DNA of 64,000 nt from NCBI GenBank assembly GCA_038087875.1, contig JAXLNO010000796.1:124001-188000 (forward strand). The letters run 5' to 3'. The position numbers were made by a program, and so were the translations under genes. The DNA comes from Malacoraja senta (Eukaryota). The notes under the pieces are model-generated. The model ran no database searches and was not told the DNA's origin. It saw only the letters and a list, made by a program, of their open reading frames with translations. Of the stretch, positions 24,809-36,622 are shown one piece after another (within the stretch, counting starts at the first letter, position 1; each line of letters begins with the position of its first letter).

Positions 24809-25869
24809 CTGGGGCTGAGGTAGGGGTGGAGGATTTGTGTTGGGGAGAGTGGATGGAAGGGAGAGGCAATTTACAAATCAGTTCTCAGCATGGTACAAAC
24901 AGGCATAACAGAACACAACATGGAGCTGTACAGCACAGGAGCAGGTTTAGCTCAGAGATACAGCGCGGAAACAGGCCCTTCGGCCCACCGAGTCCGCACC
25001 GACCAGTGGTCCCCGCATATTAACACTATCCTACACAGACTACTTTTCTTTTCCAGCTTTCTCCACTCTACCCCATCACTCTAAATGGTCCTGGTCTCAT
25101 ATGTTTTCTGTCCATTTTTCCACAGCATGCTGCCTGACTCGTTGAGTTCCTCCTGTTTGTTTTAAATTCAGATTGGCAGCATCTGCAGTTTGCTGTGACT
25201 CCATCTTAGCACAATGGATGATCAATGTGGATTCAGTGAGCAGAAGGGCCGGTTTCCATGATGTGTGACTCAATGACCCATGGTCTATATACTGAGGGCA
25301 TGGACTAACCTCAAGTGTTATGGGGGGGGAGCTTTACTGTTGCGGATGTAACACTAAAGGAGTTCTGCTGTGTCAGAAGGGTGGAACTCAGATTCTGCAC
25401 TGTCGTACATAAAGAACAGAGGAAGAAGTGCATTGTCAGATGGGCAATGCTACAGAGCCAACAGGTCAGTCTGAAGGTTAAGGCAATGCAGATGGGAAGT
25501 ACATCAAGGCTGTTGCACTGTGTGGGATTGCTACACCCTCTGAGGATTGTTGCCAATATTGAGGGGATGCTGGATTAACACAATATTATTACTGAGGGAA
25601 TACCTCATAGTCACCATCAACCAGCTTAAATCAAGATCCCATCTCTAGATGATCAGGCTATAAATAAACTAATGGTTTCTCCCTCATTCCAGCCCAACAA
25701 AACAGATGATCCAATCCATCCACTTATTACTGGTGTTGAATATCAAATGCTTAACCCATAAAGAGACTATCACCAGCCAACTGTTATGACTGTGTGTTCA
25801 GCAGTTAGGACACATTAAATATAGACGATGGGCCGTGTCTCTATCAAAATGTTATGGAGTAAATGTCTG

Positions 25870-26490
25870 AAACAGCATCAATGGTGCTGAAGTGAAAAAG
25901 GTTGAGAGTTTCTGGTTCCCCTACTGCCTCAGGAGACTAAGGAAATGCGGCATCTCCAATGACTCTTACAAACTTCTACAAATGTGCCATAGAAAGCATA
26001 CTGACAGGTTGCATCACAACTTAGTTTGGAAAGAGTTCTGCCCAAGACCGCTGGAAATTGCAGAGAGGTGGAGATGTAGCACAGTCGATCACACAAACAT
26101 GATTCCCCACCAGTGAATCCATCTGTATTTCAACTGGTTCAGGAAAGCAGACAACATAATCAAAGATTTGTCCCGTTCTGGTCACTCCTTCTTCCTGCAG
26201 AAGGTACGTAAGCATTAAAGCGTGCACCACCAGACTCAGTAACTGTTTCCTCCCCTATGTTATCAGGTTTCTGAACAGTCCTCCCTTATGCTAGGGTTCA
26301 CCTCAACCCCATTGTAGACACTGGACTTTGTCTCTGGCACTGGTACATTACAATGCTGAGAACTACATTCTGCACTCTTTGCTCTACCTATTGTACGAGT
26401 TTGGTTTGATTGTATTTATGAATAGTTTTCTTTGATGTGATTGACTAACGCAAAAAAAGTGTATCAGAGAATCATGTGTCAACAATAAAA
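25870..26490 (+). mobile_element. Rex1/Babar-type LINE 3-prime fragment in class I intron 2
   Basis: Degenerate CLRRLRKCG...TNFYKCAIESILTGCIT motif and a CAATAAA-microsatellite tail. Confidence 0.65.
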
Positions 26491-26553
26491 CTAAAACAAA
26501 ATCCATCTGTGTCATCACTGAGTGTCTACCCCAGGTCCGCTCACGACACTTAC

Positions 26554-26814
26554 TCGAGATACCATGTTGCTGTTGGTAGACTATCTCAGCATTTCCTCTG
26601 ACAATCCCATGAAAACCTGCAACTGTGATGGCCATTGAATCCCAGTGATCCTGCGGGAAAGACTGGGCCATCCATCGCTGTCTGGGAACAGCCCGCTCTA
26701 GTGTGCTGTCAAAATATGCTATCTGGACGTCATCCAGCATTGCTACCATACTGTACTCAGGCAGCTCATTCAATCCATGGTTCAACAGGTAGTAAAATGC
26801 AAGATGGTGTAAAT
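26554..26814 (-). CDS. MHC class I-like exon 2, alpha1 domain
   Basis: Acceptor TTGCAG, donor GTAAGT, 261 bp. (D)LHHLAFYYLLNHGLNELPEYSMVAMLDDVQIAYFDSTLERAVPRQRWMAQSFPQDHWDSMAITVAGFHGIVRGNAEIVYQQQHGIS carries the class I hallmarks H3, D29-D30, FDS, PRxxWM and W60. Confidence 0.93.
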
Positions 26815-27005
26815 CTGCAATGCATAAACAAAAATAAGTATGATTGTATCATTCACTGAAAATAACTAAGTTATTAATGCTAAAACTGATAACAATACAA
26901 TAACTTTGAATAAGGGAGTCACAAGGACCTGCAGATGCAAGTGCTGGATGAACTCAGTGGGGCAGGCAGCATCAATGATCAGGTGACAATTTGGGTCAGG
27001 AGCCT

Positions 27006-27313
27006 TTAGTTTAGTTTTTAGCTTAGAGATACAGCATGGAAACAGGCCCTTCATGCGAGTCCACACTGACCAGCAACCCCCACACAATAACACTATCCTA
27101 CACACACTAGGGACAATTTACATTCTAGACCAAGCCAATTAACCTACAAACCTATACGTCTTTGGAATGTGGGAAGAATCCGAACATCTCGGGAAAAACC
27201 CACACGGTAATGGGGAGAATGGACAAACTCCGTACAGACAGCATCCGTAATCAGGATCCAACCTGGGTCTATGGTGCTGTAATCGAGTAAGTCTACCGCT
27301 GCACCACTGAGCC
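27006..27313 (-). mobile_element. V-SINE (HE1-like) in class I intron 1
   Basis: Reverse-complement copy of the same consensus. Confidence 0.8.
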
Positions 27314-28376
27314 TTCTTCAAGAGTTGGCATGATGGGCTCTGATACCTACTCCACCAATTATGGTCGAGGTATTGAATGATCCTACTGGATTGTTTCCCA
27401 TCTTCAAAGATCTATTATTGTCTATCATGTCGATAGGTTCTACTAGTTACAATATTCCAAAATTTGAAGAATATTTTATTATATTTAGAAACTGGACAAT
27501 GTCAAGGAGACTTTATAGAATCATAGAGAGGTAAAGTCAAAGAGTCATACAGCAGGGAATCAGGGCCTATGGCTCAACTTGCCACACCAACCAACATGCC
27601 TCATCTACACTGCCTGTATTTCATCAGTACATAAGTTCTAGGAGAATAATTAGGCCATTCAGCCCATCGGCCATTCAATCATGGCTGAGCTATCTCTCCC
27701 TATCAACCACATTCTCCTGCCTGCACCCCATAACCCTTGAAACCCATACTGATCAAGAATCTGTTAATCTCCACCTGAGAAATATCCATTGATGTGGGCT
27801 CTACAGCTGACTGAGGCCCATATCCTTATAAGCCTATCCTATCCATGTACCTGTTTAAATGATTCTTAAATGTCGTGATAGTACGCGCCTGAACTACCTT
27901 CTCCGGCAGTTCATTCAGTACACCCACCACCCTTTGTGTAACAATGCTATGCCTCAGGTTCCTATTAAATCATTCCCCCCTCATCTTAAACTTATGTCCA
28001 CTGGGTACAGCACATAAAAGGCCCTTTAGCCCACCAAGTTCATGGTGACCATCAAACACCTATTTATACCTGTGGTACGCTAACCCTTTTAATATTTGCC
28101 AATCTCCCATTAACACCTCCCTCATCCCCTCCACCAATTCTAATACATATGCATGACCAATTCACACTGGCCAATTTACCTTTCAGCCCGGCATTTTGGG
28201 GACGTGCGGGGAAACTGGAATAACCATAGCAAACACACGTTTGCAGGGGGAAAAAAAAGCCAGGTTGTAAGAGATCAGGATTGAGTCCAGGTCCTCATAG
28301 GCAGCTGCAACACAGCTCATAGAGATGGGGGGGGGGGGGAGGGGTGGTGGAGACTGAGATAAACAGGGCCTAAATT

Positions 28377-28800
28377 GAAACTCGACACAAAATACTGGAG
28401 TAACTCAGTGGGTCAGGCAGCATCTCCGGAGAAAAGGAAAAGGTGACGTTTCGTGTCGAGACCCTTCTTCAGAATGAGAGTCAGGGGACAGAGAACCGAG
28501 AGATATGACAAAGTACAATGAAATATATGCACCCCCGACTCTGTCTGATGCAGTGTCTTGACCTGAAACTCCACCTATTCCTTTTCTCCAGCGATGCTGC
28601 CTGACTTGCTGAGTTACTCCAGCCTTTTGTATCTATCTTCGGTGTAAACCAGCATCAGCATCAGCAGTCAGAAGAAGGGTCTCGACCCGAAACGTCACCC
28701 ATACCTTCTCTCTAGGGATGCTGCCTGTGCCGCTGAGTTACTCCAGCTTTATTGTCTATCTTCGGTTTAAATCAGCTTCTGCAGTTCCTTCTTACACATC
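28377..28800. repeat. Cluster of inverted and direct Penelope-derived termini with two hammerhead-like cores
   Basis: Minus copy 28377-28476 and plus copies 28555-28640 and 28665-28800. Confidence 0.75.
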
Positions 28801-30417
28801 TGCACTTCCTTCCTACACTTGTGTCAACTGAAACATCACCTAACCATGTTCTCCAGACATACTGCCTGACCTGCTGAATTACTCCAGTATTTTATGTGTA
28901 TTAACCAGCATGTGCAGTTTCTTGTTTCCACATGCATAAGCAGTATTTGTTCTGTGATAAAGATTACATGCAGCACACCAGACAGTGTCAAAGTTCATGT
29001 GTTTAAGTGAAGTGAGAAGGGGCCCCGAGGGCAGAGTTAGAAGTGTCTGTTTCAGTGTTACCAGGAGAAACATAAGACGGCTAAGAGTGGAATACAGTAA
29101 CGATAAAATCCATGTGGCTTCCCAAAACACTCCACAGCCGAGGATTTTTGTTTTATATGTTATTATTTCAACATGGCCATCACCATTATATGGTTTCGGC
29201 CCGAAACGTTGCCTATTTCCTTCGCTCCATAGATGCTGCTGCACCCGCTGAGTTTCTCCAGCATTTTTGTGTACCTTCGATTTTCCAGCATCTGCAGTTC
29301 CTTCTTTAACACCATTATATTTACTTTCATTTGATAACAATGGGATGAAACTTTCAGGACGAGTAGGTTTGTAATCTCCAAGCCTTGACGAATGTCAGAA
29401 TAGTTAGAAAGGTACCATTGTGTGGGAAGAAATTGCTCATCAGATTCCCATTCAATCTTTCCCCCCTCAATTTAAACCTATGTCCTCTGGTTCTCGATTC
29501 TGTAATCTGTTGAATATGTTGCCCACTTGAAAATTTCCAGATTGAGATTGATAGATTTTTGTTCATTAAGGGTGTAATGGGCTGGAGTTCAGCCACAATG
29601 TCTGTGCCGAACATGATGTCAAGTTCAACTAAACTCTTCATGCTTGTAGATGATTCATATCCCTCAATTCCCTGCATATCCACGTGCCTATCCTCAAGCT
29701 TCTTAAATCTCATTATCGTCTTCTGGGGAAGTGGTGATGGGGTAATGGATAGGGTCTGCAGGACAGGAAGCATGCAACAAACAACAAGATGGCAACAACA
29801 TTAACACAACATTGATTGGTCATTTAATGCAGGCTGAATTTTACCATCATGTGGGTGTCTAACACCAGCTGAGGAAATCTTGGAGAGGTGGAACACCTAC
29901 TAATGCAGAAGTCACTTCTTTATTGAAAGTGCACATCACCTGAATTCTGTCTGAGGCATTAGTGCAAGGACAGATTGGACAAACATGGATTGTTTTCTCT
30001 TGTATACTGGAGGTTGAAGGGAGACCTGATGAAAGTGCACAACATGGTGAGAGGCACAGACAGAGTGGACAGCCAGAACCTTTTTCCCAGGGTGGAAATG
30101 TTGAAGACCAGAGAACATCACTTTAAGGTTGGAGAAGCAATGTTCAAAGGAGATGAGCGGAGCAAGTTGTTTTATGTGGAGGGTGGTGGACATCTGTAAC
30201 GCGCTGCCAGTGGTGGTTGTGGTGATGGTGGCAGATATAACAGTTACATTTCAGAGGCTTTTAGATAGGTACATAGATAGGCAGGGAATGGCCGGATACA
30301 GATCACATACAGGTAGAGGAGATTAGTTTAGTTTGTTCGGCACAGACATTGTGGGCCGAAGGTAGACAAAATGCTGAGGTAATAGCGGGTCAGGCAGCAT
30401 CTCTGGAGAAAAGGAAC

Positions 30418-30453
30418 GGGTGACGTTTCGGGTCGAGACCCTTCTTCAGACTG
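30418..30453 (-). ncRNA. Minimal hammerhead-ribozyme-like motif in a Penelope-derived repeat (best-preserved copy)
   Basis: Minus strand CAGU CUGAAGA A GGGUC UC GACCC GAAAC GUC ACCC has an intact catalytic core, perfect stem II and a GUC cleavage triplet. Helix I is only about 2 bp. Confidence 0.55.
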
Positions 30454-30752
30454 AAGGACTGAAGGACCTGCTCCTGTGCTGTATTGTACTATGTTCTATG
30501 TTCATTATTTACATGTATTCAGTTCTTCTGTTCAATGGATTGCCAAGGTAACCATAGTATATATAACTTCCCACAGGAGCCTTTACAACTAAGGAAAGAC
30601 CGTTACCCAAAATTATTAATACATTCAATTCAATCATTCAATTAATACATCCAAGACAATGAACCCAGGGCAAACACAGGCACTGTGCAACAGTAAATAT
30701 AATCAGTTTTGTTGTTTCCTCAAAGTTCACAGGTTGAAGCAGTATTGCTTAC

Positions 30753-30804
30753 CAGAGGAGACAGTGGCCACACCGTAAGTGTTCAGTAAGGTAAAAAGAA
30801 GCAT
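30753..30804 (-). CDS. MHC class I-like exon 1, signal peptide MLLFTLLNTYGVATVSS(D)
   Basis: ATG at 30804-30802, 17 codons plus 1 nt, then donor GTAAGC. Hydrophobic leader ending in small residues. Phase 1 joins the alpha1 exon (G+AT = Asp). Lies directly downstream of the X2/Y promoter module. Confidence 0.8.
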
Positions 30805-30907
30805 GTTTAACAGCCGCCCACAGCACTATTTAACCAGCAGAGTAAATGCAGCAACAGTAACATAATCTCTTGTACGTTTTTAACAGAACTCTGGTGTGAA
30901 GGTAATT

Positions 30908-30984
30908 ATTGGTCCATGTATACACAAACCTGATAACCAGATCCAATGGGAATGAGACCACTTGTTCTCGTCACTAATTACCAG
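30908..30984 (-). promoter_or_regulatory. MHC class I-type X1-X2-Y (SXY) module plus downstream CCAAT box
   Basis: Minus strand reads CTGGTAATTAG (X1-like, 30984-30974), TGACG (X2/CRE, 30973-30969), a 21-bp spacer ending GTCTCATTCCC, ATTGG (Y box, 30947-30943), then CCAAT at 30912-30908. The module lies 104-180 bp upstream of the leader ATG. Confidence 0.75.
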
Positions 30985-33808
30985 TGAATACAGTTTACGG
31001 ATTGGGTTTTATGGTAGGGATTATATTGGTGTTTTAAGGACAACAATTACAAAATCATATTTCACATAGCATCTTACAGCCGAATAGATGTTTCTCAAAG
31101 TATAATGATTTTACAATTCAGAATGCAGTCAATTCCACAAACTGCAGTGTTAGATAAACCAGATAGTCTACTTTACTGTGTAGGAAGGAACTGCAGATGC
31201 TTGTTTTACTGTAGGCAGATGCAAAAAGCTGGAGTAACTCAGCGGGTCAGGCAGCATTTCTGGGGGAAAGGAATAGGTGACATTTCGGGAAGGGTCTCAA
31301 CACAAATCGTCACCTTTTCCTTTTTCCCAGAAGTGCTGCCTGACCTGCTGAGTTACTCCATCTTTTTATAAGCATAGAAAATAGGTGCATGAGGAGGCCC
31401 TTCGGCCCTTCGAGCCAGCACTGCCATTCATGGTGATCATGGCTGATCGTCCCCAATCAATGCCTGCCTTCTCCCCGTATCCCTTGATTCCACCAGCCTC
31501 TAGAGCTCTATCTAACATTTTTGTGTCTGTCTTTAGTCCACTTTACTGTTATTGCTTAAGTAATAAAAATTGGACAATGCATGTGTAATAATTTCCCAGC
31601 CCTTATTTGAGGTAATACCATGCGTCTTTTTTTTCAGCTGGGAGGAGAGACATGAGCTCAGTTTAAAGTTGTGTCTAGGTGTAAATGTGCAGCTCAGTCT
31701 CAACATCAGTGCAGAAATCTCTCATTGAGCCTTCTGTTAATACATGGCCCTTTACACCATGTCCCACTCACCTGAAAACTATGCTCTCCATTACTTTATA
31801 TTTACACCCTGTGGAAAAGATTCTGACTCTCTATCCCATCTATGCCTCTCATAGTTTTATATACTTTTATCAACCTCCAGCATTCTAGCGATTACAATCT
31901 AAGTCTGTCCAACCTCTCCTTCCAGCTAATATCTAATCTGTGCATCATTCTGGCAAACCACCTCTGCACAAATTCCATGCTTCCAAATTCATCCTGCATT
32001 GGGGCAACCAGAAATGCCGATAATATTCTAAAAGTGGCCTATCTGAAGTTCTATTCTCCGACCAGTCTGACTGTCCCCCTGATTAAAAATTATCTATGTA
32101 TGCTTCGTTCACACCTACTCCTGGCTAATAATGATCTATTCTACATTTTCCTTGAACTACATCTCATTTGATGTCATTCTTTCATACCTTACACTTCCTT
32201 ATCTCCATGTCTCCCTTTCCTCTTCAGCCTGAAGGGACTCAACCAGAAATGTCAGCCATTCCTTCTATCCAGAGATGCTGCCTGTCCCACTGAGTTACTC
32301 CAGCATTTTGTGTCTATCTTTGAAGTTCCATAAAGCAGCATATGACTTCCTGACTCTTATACTCAATGCTATGAATAGTGTCTTTACCACTCTGGCTTTC
32401 AATTGATTGAAGGCGGAAAGGAGCCAAAGAATTATATAGCAAAAAATCTCTGTGGTGGGACTGGAACAGAATGTTTTTTTTTAAAGCAAAAAAATCAAGG
32501 ATATTGTTCAATAAAAAAGTAAAATATTTCTTTTCCCGGTATGGCGGGACTAACATATGATGAAAGAATGGACTGACTGGGCTTATATTCACTGGAATTT
32601 AGGATGAGATGGGATCTTATAGACGCATATAAAATTCTTAAGGGATTGGACAGTTAGATGCAGGAAAAATGTTCCCGATATTGGGGGGAGTCCAGAACCA
32701 GGAGTCACAGTTTACGAGTAAAGGGTAGGCCATTTAGGAATGAGATGAAGAAAAACGCTTTCACCCAGATAGTTGTGAATCTGTGGAATTCTCTGCCACA
32801 GAAGGCAGTGGAGGCCACTCGATGTCTTCAAGAGAGAGTTAGATCTTAGGGCTACAGAATCAAGGGATATGGGGAGAAAGCAGGAACAGGGTATTGATTC
32901 TGGATGCTCAGCCATGATCATATTGAATGACGGTGCTGGCTTGAAGGCCATAATTTTCTACTCCTGCACCTGCTTTCTCTGTTTCTATATTGCTGCAGAT
33001 GGATTGTTAAACGTCCATTCTTTTAAAAGTTCTGCCCCAGTGACTAAAATGCAACAGGTTGTTCATGCCGAGGAATTTGAAGTTCTTCACCATTCCCACT
33101 TCAGCACTCGCACTTCTACAGTATTGATTCTGACTTCAATGTTTCAATGATTCTTTATTGTCACTTATGCACTGCACAGTGAAATTCTTGCTCCCGTCGC
33201 CGTAATTTGGCAGTATTTACAAAAGAAAAAGAAAAAGTCCAATGTCCGGTCCGTATGTTGGATTTACTAGAGCGCCCCCGATCCACGTAAGCTCAGTTAA
33301 ACCCCAGGCTATTGCCAGGGGGGCCTCCTCCGTCACCCTCGACCAGCTCGGCCAGCCAACAGACGTCCCTCTCCTCGCCCAACTGGCTCTGTGTCCCGGG
33401 AGGCAACTCCTCTCCTGGAGGTAATACCTCAGTCCCTCTCTTAGCGGCCCATTCCTTGCGTCCGTCGGCGGCAGCGGCTCCCTCCTCCACGACTCTCCGG
33501 GTTTCGGGGCCAAGCTCAGCAGCTTCCACCGGGTTGCTCTTCACACCGGCGAACCAAACCTGCCGCCACATATGGCTGCAGGCGACCGGCCGAGTCCATC
33601 TTCGTTCTCGGCGGCCGCCTGGTCGATTCGTGTTGGGTTCCGTGGGGCGATCCGTGGTCATTTGCTTCTGCCGCTGCGGTGCATCCCAGAAGCTTATGGC
33701 TAGAACACCATCTTCCTTCCAGCAGTCGATAACTAGCTCCTTCAAATTCACCTTGCTGACATTGAGGGAGAGATTGGAGATTCTGCAATAGAATAGTGAA
33801 CATATTTA

Positions 33809-34118
33809 GGGGTGGCACAATGGCGCAGCGGTGGAGCTGCTGTCTTACAGCGCCAGAGACCCGGGTTCGATCCTGACAACGGGTGCTGTCAGTAAGGTGT
33901 CTGTACGTTCTCCCCGTGATCACATGGGATTTCTCCGGGAGCTCTGATTTCCTCCCACACTCCAAAGACATACAGGTTTGTAAGTTATTGTCCTTCGGTA
34001 AAAACAATGGTAAATTGTCTCACCTGTGTCGGATGGTGCTGGTTTATGGGGATCGCTGGTCGGCGCGGACTCAGTAGGATGAAGGGACTATTTCAGCGCT
34101 GTATCTCTAAAACTAAAC
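33809..34118 (+). mobile_element. V-SINE (HE1-like)
   Basis: GGTGGCACAATGGCGCAGCGG...GGTTCGATCC head, V-domain and tail. Confidence 0.85.
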
Positions 34119-34695
34119 AAAATGGTCTGATTTTCTTTTTTGTGTTTTTGGAAGGAATTCTGTCCCTGATTTGTGTATTGGCCTTTATAACTTATTTTTT
34201 TAATTCTGATTATATGTTAACCATAAATCTCTGTAAGGTGTCCTTGAGACCTCGGTATAAGGCGCCCATAAATAAAATTCATTATTATTCCCCGCACTTC
34301 CATGTGCCTATCTGAAAGTCTCTTAAATCCTACTATCATATCTGCACTACCACCACCCATACAGTGCGTTCCACCCCCCCCCCCCCCGCCCGCCCACTGT
34401 ATAAAGAAACATGCCCTCTACTTCTCCATTAAACCTTCCCCTTTTCACTTTCTAGCTCTGGCCTCTAAAGTTGAGCATTTCCAAACTGGTGAAATGGTTC
34501 TGACTGTCTACGCCTCTCATAATCTGGAGCAACAAACAAACTGCTGGAGCCTAGGGGAACTCAGCGGTCGAGCAGCATCTGTGGGGAGGGAGGAAATTAT
34601 TGACATTCCGGGATGAGACTCAGCATCAATTTTGTTGTTCCAAATTTGTAATAAAATATCTGTGGACAGCAACCGCCAGATTACTGTAACTTTGA

Positions 34696-34709
34696 CCACA
34701 AGAGGGCAC
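34696..34709 (+). promoter_or_regulatory. Candidate CTCF site
   Basis: CCACAAGAGGGCAC has one mismatch to CCASYAGRKGGCRS and lies in a short non-repeat island. Confidence 0.3.
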
Positions 34710-34879
34710 CAGATGCTACAGGGGCAGTGACAACATTGTTATGCACCTCCAGAACAAAGGAGATATTTTACAAAATGTTTTGCTTCCTGTCAGTTACGCA
34801 TCAATTGTCGACATTGTTTAATCCCACTGCAGCATTCACATAATATTTATTAACCACCCTTTTGCAAGCTATAGCTTAC

Positions 34880-35390
34880 ACTGAAGATAGACACAAAAAG
34901 CTGGAGTAACTCACCTGGTCAGATAGCATCTCTGGAGAAAAGGTGACATTTCGGTTTGAGACCCTTCTTCAGACTGCGGAAAGGGAAGGGAGATATAGAC
35001 GGTGATGTAGAGAGCTATAGATCAAATCAATGAAAGATTTGCACAAAAGTAATGATGATAAAGAAAACAGGCCATTGTTAGCTGTTTGTTAGGTGAGAAG
35101 GGACTTTGAAGCTGGTACGACTTGGGTGGGGGAGGGATGGAGAGAGAGGGAATGCAGGGATTACGAAGTCAGAGAACTCAATATTCATACCACTGGTTGT
35201 AAGCTGCCCAAGTGAAATATGAGATGCTGTTCCTCTAATTTGCATTTGGCCTCACTCTGACAAAAGAGGAGGCCCAGGACTGAAAGGTCAGTGTGGGAAT
35301 GGGAAGGGGAAGTAAAGTGTTTGGGAACCGGGAGATCAGGTAGGTCCAGGCGGAATGAGTGAAGGTGTTCAGTGAAACAATCGGCCAGGC
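34880..35390 (-). mobile_element. Penelope-like element 3-prime fragment (GIY-YIG region plus terminal repeat)
   Basis: Homologous to 20830-21185, with the same terminal AGATAGACACAAAAAGCTGGAGTAACTC motif. Confidence 0.7.
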
Positions 35391-36342
35391 TTATATCAAG
35401 GGCTTATTCAAGTTTTCGTTTTTGGACGGCAGCTTTCTTTTCCAGCTTTCTTCCCCCATACTACAATCAGTGTGAAGAATAGTCCCAACTAAAAATGTTG
35501 TCTGTCCATTCCCTCCACAGATGCTGCCTGACCTCTTGAGTTTCTCCAGCATTCTCTGTTATGCAGTGATAGATCTGTCCCTATCAGTACACACTGCTGT
35601 GCCAGGACTAAACTGTACTCATCAGTACCATCTCCCAGTGCTACACAGTGGCTGATGACCTGTAAAGCACCAACATGCCTTCCTAACTCAGTCCCGTACG
35701 AAGCTTTTCAAAAAGGGGGGTGGCATGACAGGATCACAAAAAGATTGTAATGTGAAATAATGTGCGCGCTGTGCATGATTGTAATGTGAAATAATGTGCG
35801 CGCTGTGCACATCACGAGCGTGAAGTGTGAAGTCCCTCGATGCCAGGGTCCAGGGGTTTTAGATGCTCTCTGATGCATTCTGAGCCTTATTTTGGAGCAT
35901 TTTTGCATCAAATTCATGACCAATATTTCAGAAATTAACAGGAATCTGAGAGGTAGCTTTTTCACACAAAGGGTGGTGGGTATATGGAACAAGCTGCCAG
36001 AGGAGGTAGTTAAGGCTGGGACTATCCTAATGTTTAAGAGACATTTGGACACGTACATGGATAGGAGAGGTTTACATGGATATGGGCCAGACGCGTGTGA
36101 GTGGGACTAGTTTAGATGGGACATGTTGGTCGGTGTGGGCAAGTTGGGCTGAAGGGCCTGTTTCCACACTGCATCATTCTATGACTAAAAAGTTAAGAAG
36201 AAAAATGCATGTAGATAAGTAGAGCAGATTTGAAAGAGGAGTGAAATGTAAAGGTAGAGATAGGTTTATGGTTGGAAAGGAACATAGGAAAGGAGAGGGG
36301 AGAGTGGGCTTGGGCACATGGCTGAAGGGAAAATAGACACAA

Positions 36343-36622
36343 AGTGCTGGAGTAACTCAGCGGGTCAGGCAGCAACTGTGGAGAACATGGATAGGTGACA
36401 TGTCACAGAATGCTGGAGTAACTCAGTGGGTCAGGCAGCATCTCTGGAGAACATGGATAGGTGACATGTCACAGAGCGCTGGAGTAACTCAGTGAGTCAG
36501 GCAGCATCTGCGGAGAACATGGATAGGTGACATTTCACAGAGTGCTGGAGCAAATCACTGGGTCAGGCAGCATCTCTGGAGAAAAGGTATAGATCATATT
36601 TCGGGTCAAGACCCTTCTTCAG
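36343..36622. repeat. Four tandem 66-bp units of the Penelope-derived terminus
   Basis: GCTGGAG recurs at 36346, 36412, 36478 and 36544 (period 66). The last unit runs into the hammerhead segment. Confidence 0.85.

Larger units (their letters stand above)
15090..30804 (-). pseudogene. Non-classical MHC class I-like heavy-chain gene (leader-alpha1-alpha2-alpha3-TM), disrupted by an in-frame stop in alpha3; probable pseudogene or null allele
   Basis: Five exons in class I order join in frame through phase-1 GT-AG junctions. The alpha2 C101/C164 pair, the alpha3 C1-set Ig motifs (SCLVTGF, VTW, LLPNWDGTYQ, FSCYIEH) and a TM followed by a basic cluster are present. TAG at 23257-23259. The 3-prime end beyond the TM exon is not resolved. 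Confidence 0.9.

Noticed and set aside
15090-30804. Class II or W-category MHC identity
   Set aside because: Three extracellular domain exons (alpha1, alpha2 with C101/C164, C1-set) on one chain is class I architecture.
30827-30833. TTAAATA as the class I TATA box
   Set aside because: Only 23 bp from the ATG, which would leave essentially no 5-prime UTR; unsupported.
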